Source: the human T2T-CHM13v2.0 reference genome, Homo sapiens. Taken from it: a stretch of DNA of 64,000 nucleotides. The stretch lies in assembly GCF_009914755.1 (NCBI RefSeq), contig NC_060940.1. One strand, given 5' to 3'. Below are positions 59,328 to 64,000 of this stretch, piece after piece. Both the position numbers and the translations under genes were made by a program. Positions within the stretch are counted from its first letter, which is position 1. Each line of letters starts with the position of its first letter. The notes below the pieces were generated by a model, which was not told the origin of the DNA, searched no databases, and saw only the letters and a program-made list of their open reading frames with translations.

Positions 59328-59678
59328 GTAAGTCTTTCTCACTCAAAGTCAGCTGTGAACATAAGTCAACTTGCTGGGTCTCTTCCCTTCTAGAATTACT
59401 TGTTATTAACATGGCGTGTGGTATATTTAATCTAGTATGTTAAGACTAATAAGAAGATACATGTAATTTTGGAGTTGTCCCCTTCTAAGTATGAGAGGCT
59501 CCCCATGTTCCAGAAATGTCATCGGGCAAAATGTTTTTGCAACTCATCTTTTGGAGTTAGCCACAGATCCTGTGGGATATTCTTTTATATTTTTTCAGTT
59601 ATAACAAATATTGGTCATTTGAGTGTGTATTTGAGTTTGGTAGCCAAGTATGTTGATTGAGGTAGGTATTTGAACTAG

Positions 59679-59963
<285 letters not shown>

Positions 59964-60130
59964 TGAGCCACTGTGCCCGGCCACAAGTTTTTATTTAAAA
60001 ATTAGACACTAGGCCGGGCGCGGTGGCTCACGCTTGTAATCCCAGCACTTTGGGAGGCCGAGGTGGGCGGATCACAAGGTCATGAGATCGAGACCACTCT
60101 GGCTAACACAGTGAAACCCCATCTCTACTA

Positions 60131-60289
<159 letters not shown>

Positions 60290-60334
60290 CTATCTCAATA
60301 AAAATAATAATAATAAAATAAAATAAGACACTAA

Positions 60335-60597
60335 TGAACATTAAATAAGCCAGTCACAAAAGGACAAATACCGTGTGGTTCCACTTATATGAAGTTGCTA
60401 GAGTTGTCACATCATAGAGACAGAAAGTACAATGGTGGTTGCCAGAGGCGGGGGAGGGGAGCTATTCTTGAATGAGCACAGAGTTCCAGAAATGCAAGAG
60501 GAAAAGAGTTCTAGGATGGATGGTGGTGAAGGTTACACCGCAGTGTGAATGTACCCACTGCCACTGAACTGAATACTTACAAATGGGTAAGATGGTA
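60335..60597 (+). mobile_element. L1MB-type 3' end fragment
   Basis: AAGCCAGTCACAAAAGGACAAATAC...GATGGATGGTGGTGA...GCCACTGAACTG. Confidence 0.8.
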
Positions 60598-60880
60598 GCC
60601 ACGATGAAAAGTTTATTTTAAATTTATGAGACCAGTTCTCTTGAGTGATTTGTAGAATGGCTCTGAAAACAGTTACAGAAGAGGAGTTAGAAAAATGTTT
60701 GGAGCAAAGGAGATGTGGTCACGTAACTGTATAATCTTTAGGTGACAGAAAAAAACCCATTGGATATTTAGAGTATATTTGTATGTGTTTTAGTCTTATT
60801 TCTTCATAGATGAGGCTTATAACTTTTTTGAAACAAGATCTTACTCTCACCCAGGCTGGAGTGCAGTGGCACCATCATAG

Positions 60881-61146
<266 letters not shown>

Positions 61147-61147
61147 T

Positions 61148-61187
<40 letters not shown>

Positions 61188-61849
61188 AGTTGGGGTTTCA
61201 CTCTTGTTGCCCAGGCTGGAGTGCAATGGCGTGATCTAGGCTTACTGCAACCTCTGCCTCCCAGGTTCAAGCAATTCTCCTTCCTCAGCCTCCGTAGTAG
61301 CTGGGATTACAGGCGTGTGCCACCACACTGGCTAATTTTGTATTTTTAATAGAGACAGGGTTTCTCCACATTGGTCAGGCTTGTTTCGAACTCCTGACCT
61401 CAAGTGATCCGTCTGCCTCGGCCTCCCAAAGTGCTGGGATTACAGGTGTGAGCCACCTGGCTCACTTTGAAACTTTTTTTTTTCTGTAGAGACGGGGTCT
61501 TACTATGTTGCCCAGGCTGGTCTCAAACTCCTGACTTCAAGCAATCTCCTGCCTCAGCCTCCCAAAGTTCTGGGATTACAGGCATCAGCCAATGTGTCTG
61601 GCTGGCTTCTATGTTAAATACCTCCTAGGGAATCTTATCATCTGGGGTAAAATCCTCATAGTAGTCTTTTGAGAGCAGTACACAGACCCATGTTCGTTTC
61701 TTCCAGAAAAGTTAAGGAAAGTGCCCAAAACTATTCAGCTGGTCTATGGCAATTTAGGATCTTTTGATTCTGTTTGTTCTCGATTTGTAGAATATTAATT
61801 TTCTCAAATCTCACACCTGAGCCCCAACACGTGCCCTCTGTCTATATAG

Positions 61850-61974
61850 GTACCTTGCCGAATGGATGGTACATGGTTATCCCTCAGAAAACGTTTGGGA
61901 ATTGGACCTGAAACGTTTTGGAGCCCTCCAGAGCAGCCGCACCTTTCTGCGCCACCGGGTCATGGAAGTCATGC
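61850..61974 (+). CDS. PDPR: PDPR coding exon 9 (gene continues beyond the window)
   Basis: KYLAEWMVHGYPSENVWELDLKRFGALQSSRTFLRHRVMEVM; GT-AG; cumulative CDS 1315 nt with no stop. Confidence 0.97.
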
Positions 61975-63560
61975 GTAAGTGAAGCTTTATCGCAGTTGCT
62001 CCTAGTTGCAGGTATCTTCTCGGTGGCCCGTGTTGTCATTCAGAAGGAGCAAAGTTTTCCTCAGTTCTTTAACAAGTGCTTTGAGTTGGGCATTTGATTT
62101 GACTGTTTCAGGCCTGAGTTAAGGGGCTTTATGCTCCTCATGATATATACGTAACATTTTCTTTAGTGCATCGGACCTTGTTTCATTCTGAGAACAAGAA
62201 AATAGAATAGGAGTTACAGTTGGTACATAGCAGCTTCATAAATATTCTAAGCAATGCCTTCTTCCCGGTCTGCCTTGAGAGACCGTATGTCGAAGTGCGT
62301 GCTTTCTGCAGTCTGCCTTGAGAGACCCTGTGTCGAAGTGAATGCTTTCTCACTCCCACTTAGTTTTTGAGAAAATGCTTTCTCACTCCCCACTTAGTTT
62401 TTTCTTTCCAAGTCAGAGAATTTGCCGAGTTATTCTCAGAGCTTCAGGCTTCCGTGAGTGACTTTCACCATTAATCCACCCTACAGCAGCAAGATTGGGA
62501 GCCACTTCCCATATAAATACAAAACATACATTCCTGCTCTCACTCCCGTGTTCTCGCCCTGCTTCAACTTTGAAGGATTGGCCACTTCATCTTAATTTGT
62601 TATTCTACCTTGATCTCTGATTTATTTTCTAGGAAGCCCTTAGAAAGCTTTTGTATCAGGAATTGAACCAAACCACGTGGGTTCAAGTTGTAATTTCATT
62701 TTCCTGTACTGAGGAGCTGTTCTCAGACTTTGCCAAATGGTATCTAAATATTTTGGGCATACTTATGCTCAGGACTAAGTTTCTGTGTTGGCTCTGACCA
62801 CCATTCTTGGTTGCAAGTAAACTGTTAGTTTGGTAGTTGAACAACATTGTTGGTGAGGACTCTGGATGGCCTTTAATGCCTGAGTGCTCACTTTTGGCCT
62901 GGGAAGAGGATGTACATCCATGGAGATGAAGGACCTAACAGCAATATGTTTAACTGCTAAGGTTCTTTAATTTTAGCAAATATTTTGGTTAAAATGTTGA
63001 ACTTGGCTGGGTGTGGTGGCTCATGCCTGTAATCCCAGCACTTTGGGACGTTGAGGGAGGTAGGTCACTTGAGGTCAGGAGTTTGAGACCAGCCTAGGCA
63101 ACGTAGCGAAACCCTGTCTCTACTAAAACCAAAACCAAAAAATTAGCCATGCCTAGTGGCACACACCTGAAGTCCCAGCTACTTGGGAGGCTGAGGTAGG
63201 CGAATCACCTGAGCTGGGGAAGTTGAGGCTGCAGTGAGCCATGATGGTGCCACTGTGTACTCCAGCCTGGGCAGTGGGACTGAGACCCTGTCTCAAAAAA
63301 ATAAAATACAAAATCAAAGTTTTTTGTTTTAAAGTTGAACTATTATAAGCCTAAATTTCCCTACCCATAGTTACTTTGGAACCTGTACAAATCATAATTG
63401 AGCTTGAGCTTCTGCTTGGTGATATGACACTTTTGGTAGCCAATTCTCATGAAATAGAAGTGGCAGGCACATAGAAAATGGGGAAGGCGCCAGGCGCAGT
63501 GGCTCAAGCCTGTAATCCCAGCATGTTGGGAGGCTGAGGCAGGCGGATCACTTGAGGTCA

Positions 63561-63845
<285 letters not shown>

Positions 63846-64000
63846 TCACCATGCAGAGAACCCCACCTGGCTTCCTTCTCCTGTCTCCCAACCTCCCCAA
63901 GCCTTGATGTGCCTTTTGTTTGGGATGGTGTGAGATCAGGGACCACAGATCACACTCTTCTGGCTTTTTTTACTTATTGCTGTTGAAGATTAGACATTAA

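Overview
Human genomic DNA, very Alu-dense and containing human-specific AluYa5 and AluYb8 elements. The right half holds the CpG-island promoter (~35.5-36.6 kb), two 5'-UTR exons and the first nine coding exons (codons 1-438, frame intact, all GT-AG) of PDPR (pyruvate dehydrogenase phosphatase regulatory subunit) on the + strand. From established knowledge this is most likely the segmentally duplicated 16q22.1 locus. The AT-rich left ~29 kb joins the GC-richer block at an abrupt truncated-Alu junction (~28.87 kb) and contains a processed RPS10 pseudogene. Manual translation, after mentally removing TSD-flanked insertions, suggests this left block hides two heavily decayed, intron-containing, interleaved fossil genes that I cannot name. 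(i) A minus-strand gene with very large exons, a hydrophobic N-terminus plus RRKKR, long Ser/Thr/Asn/Lys-rich tracts and a possible C-terminal zona pellucida (ZP) module. (ii) A plus-strand gene with small phase-compatible exons that reconstructs to a signal-peptide-bearing, possibly four-helix cytokine-like protein. Both are hypotheses from hand translation and need homology searches. Several local templated duplications and an almost spacer-less inverted Alu pair are also present.
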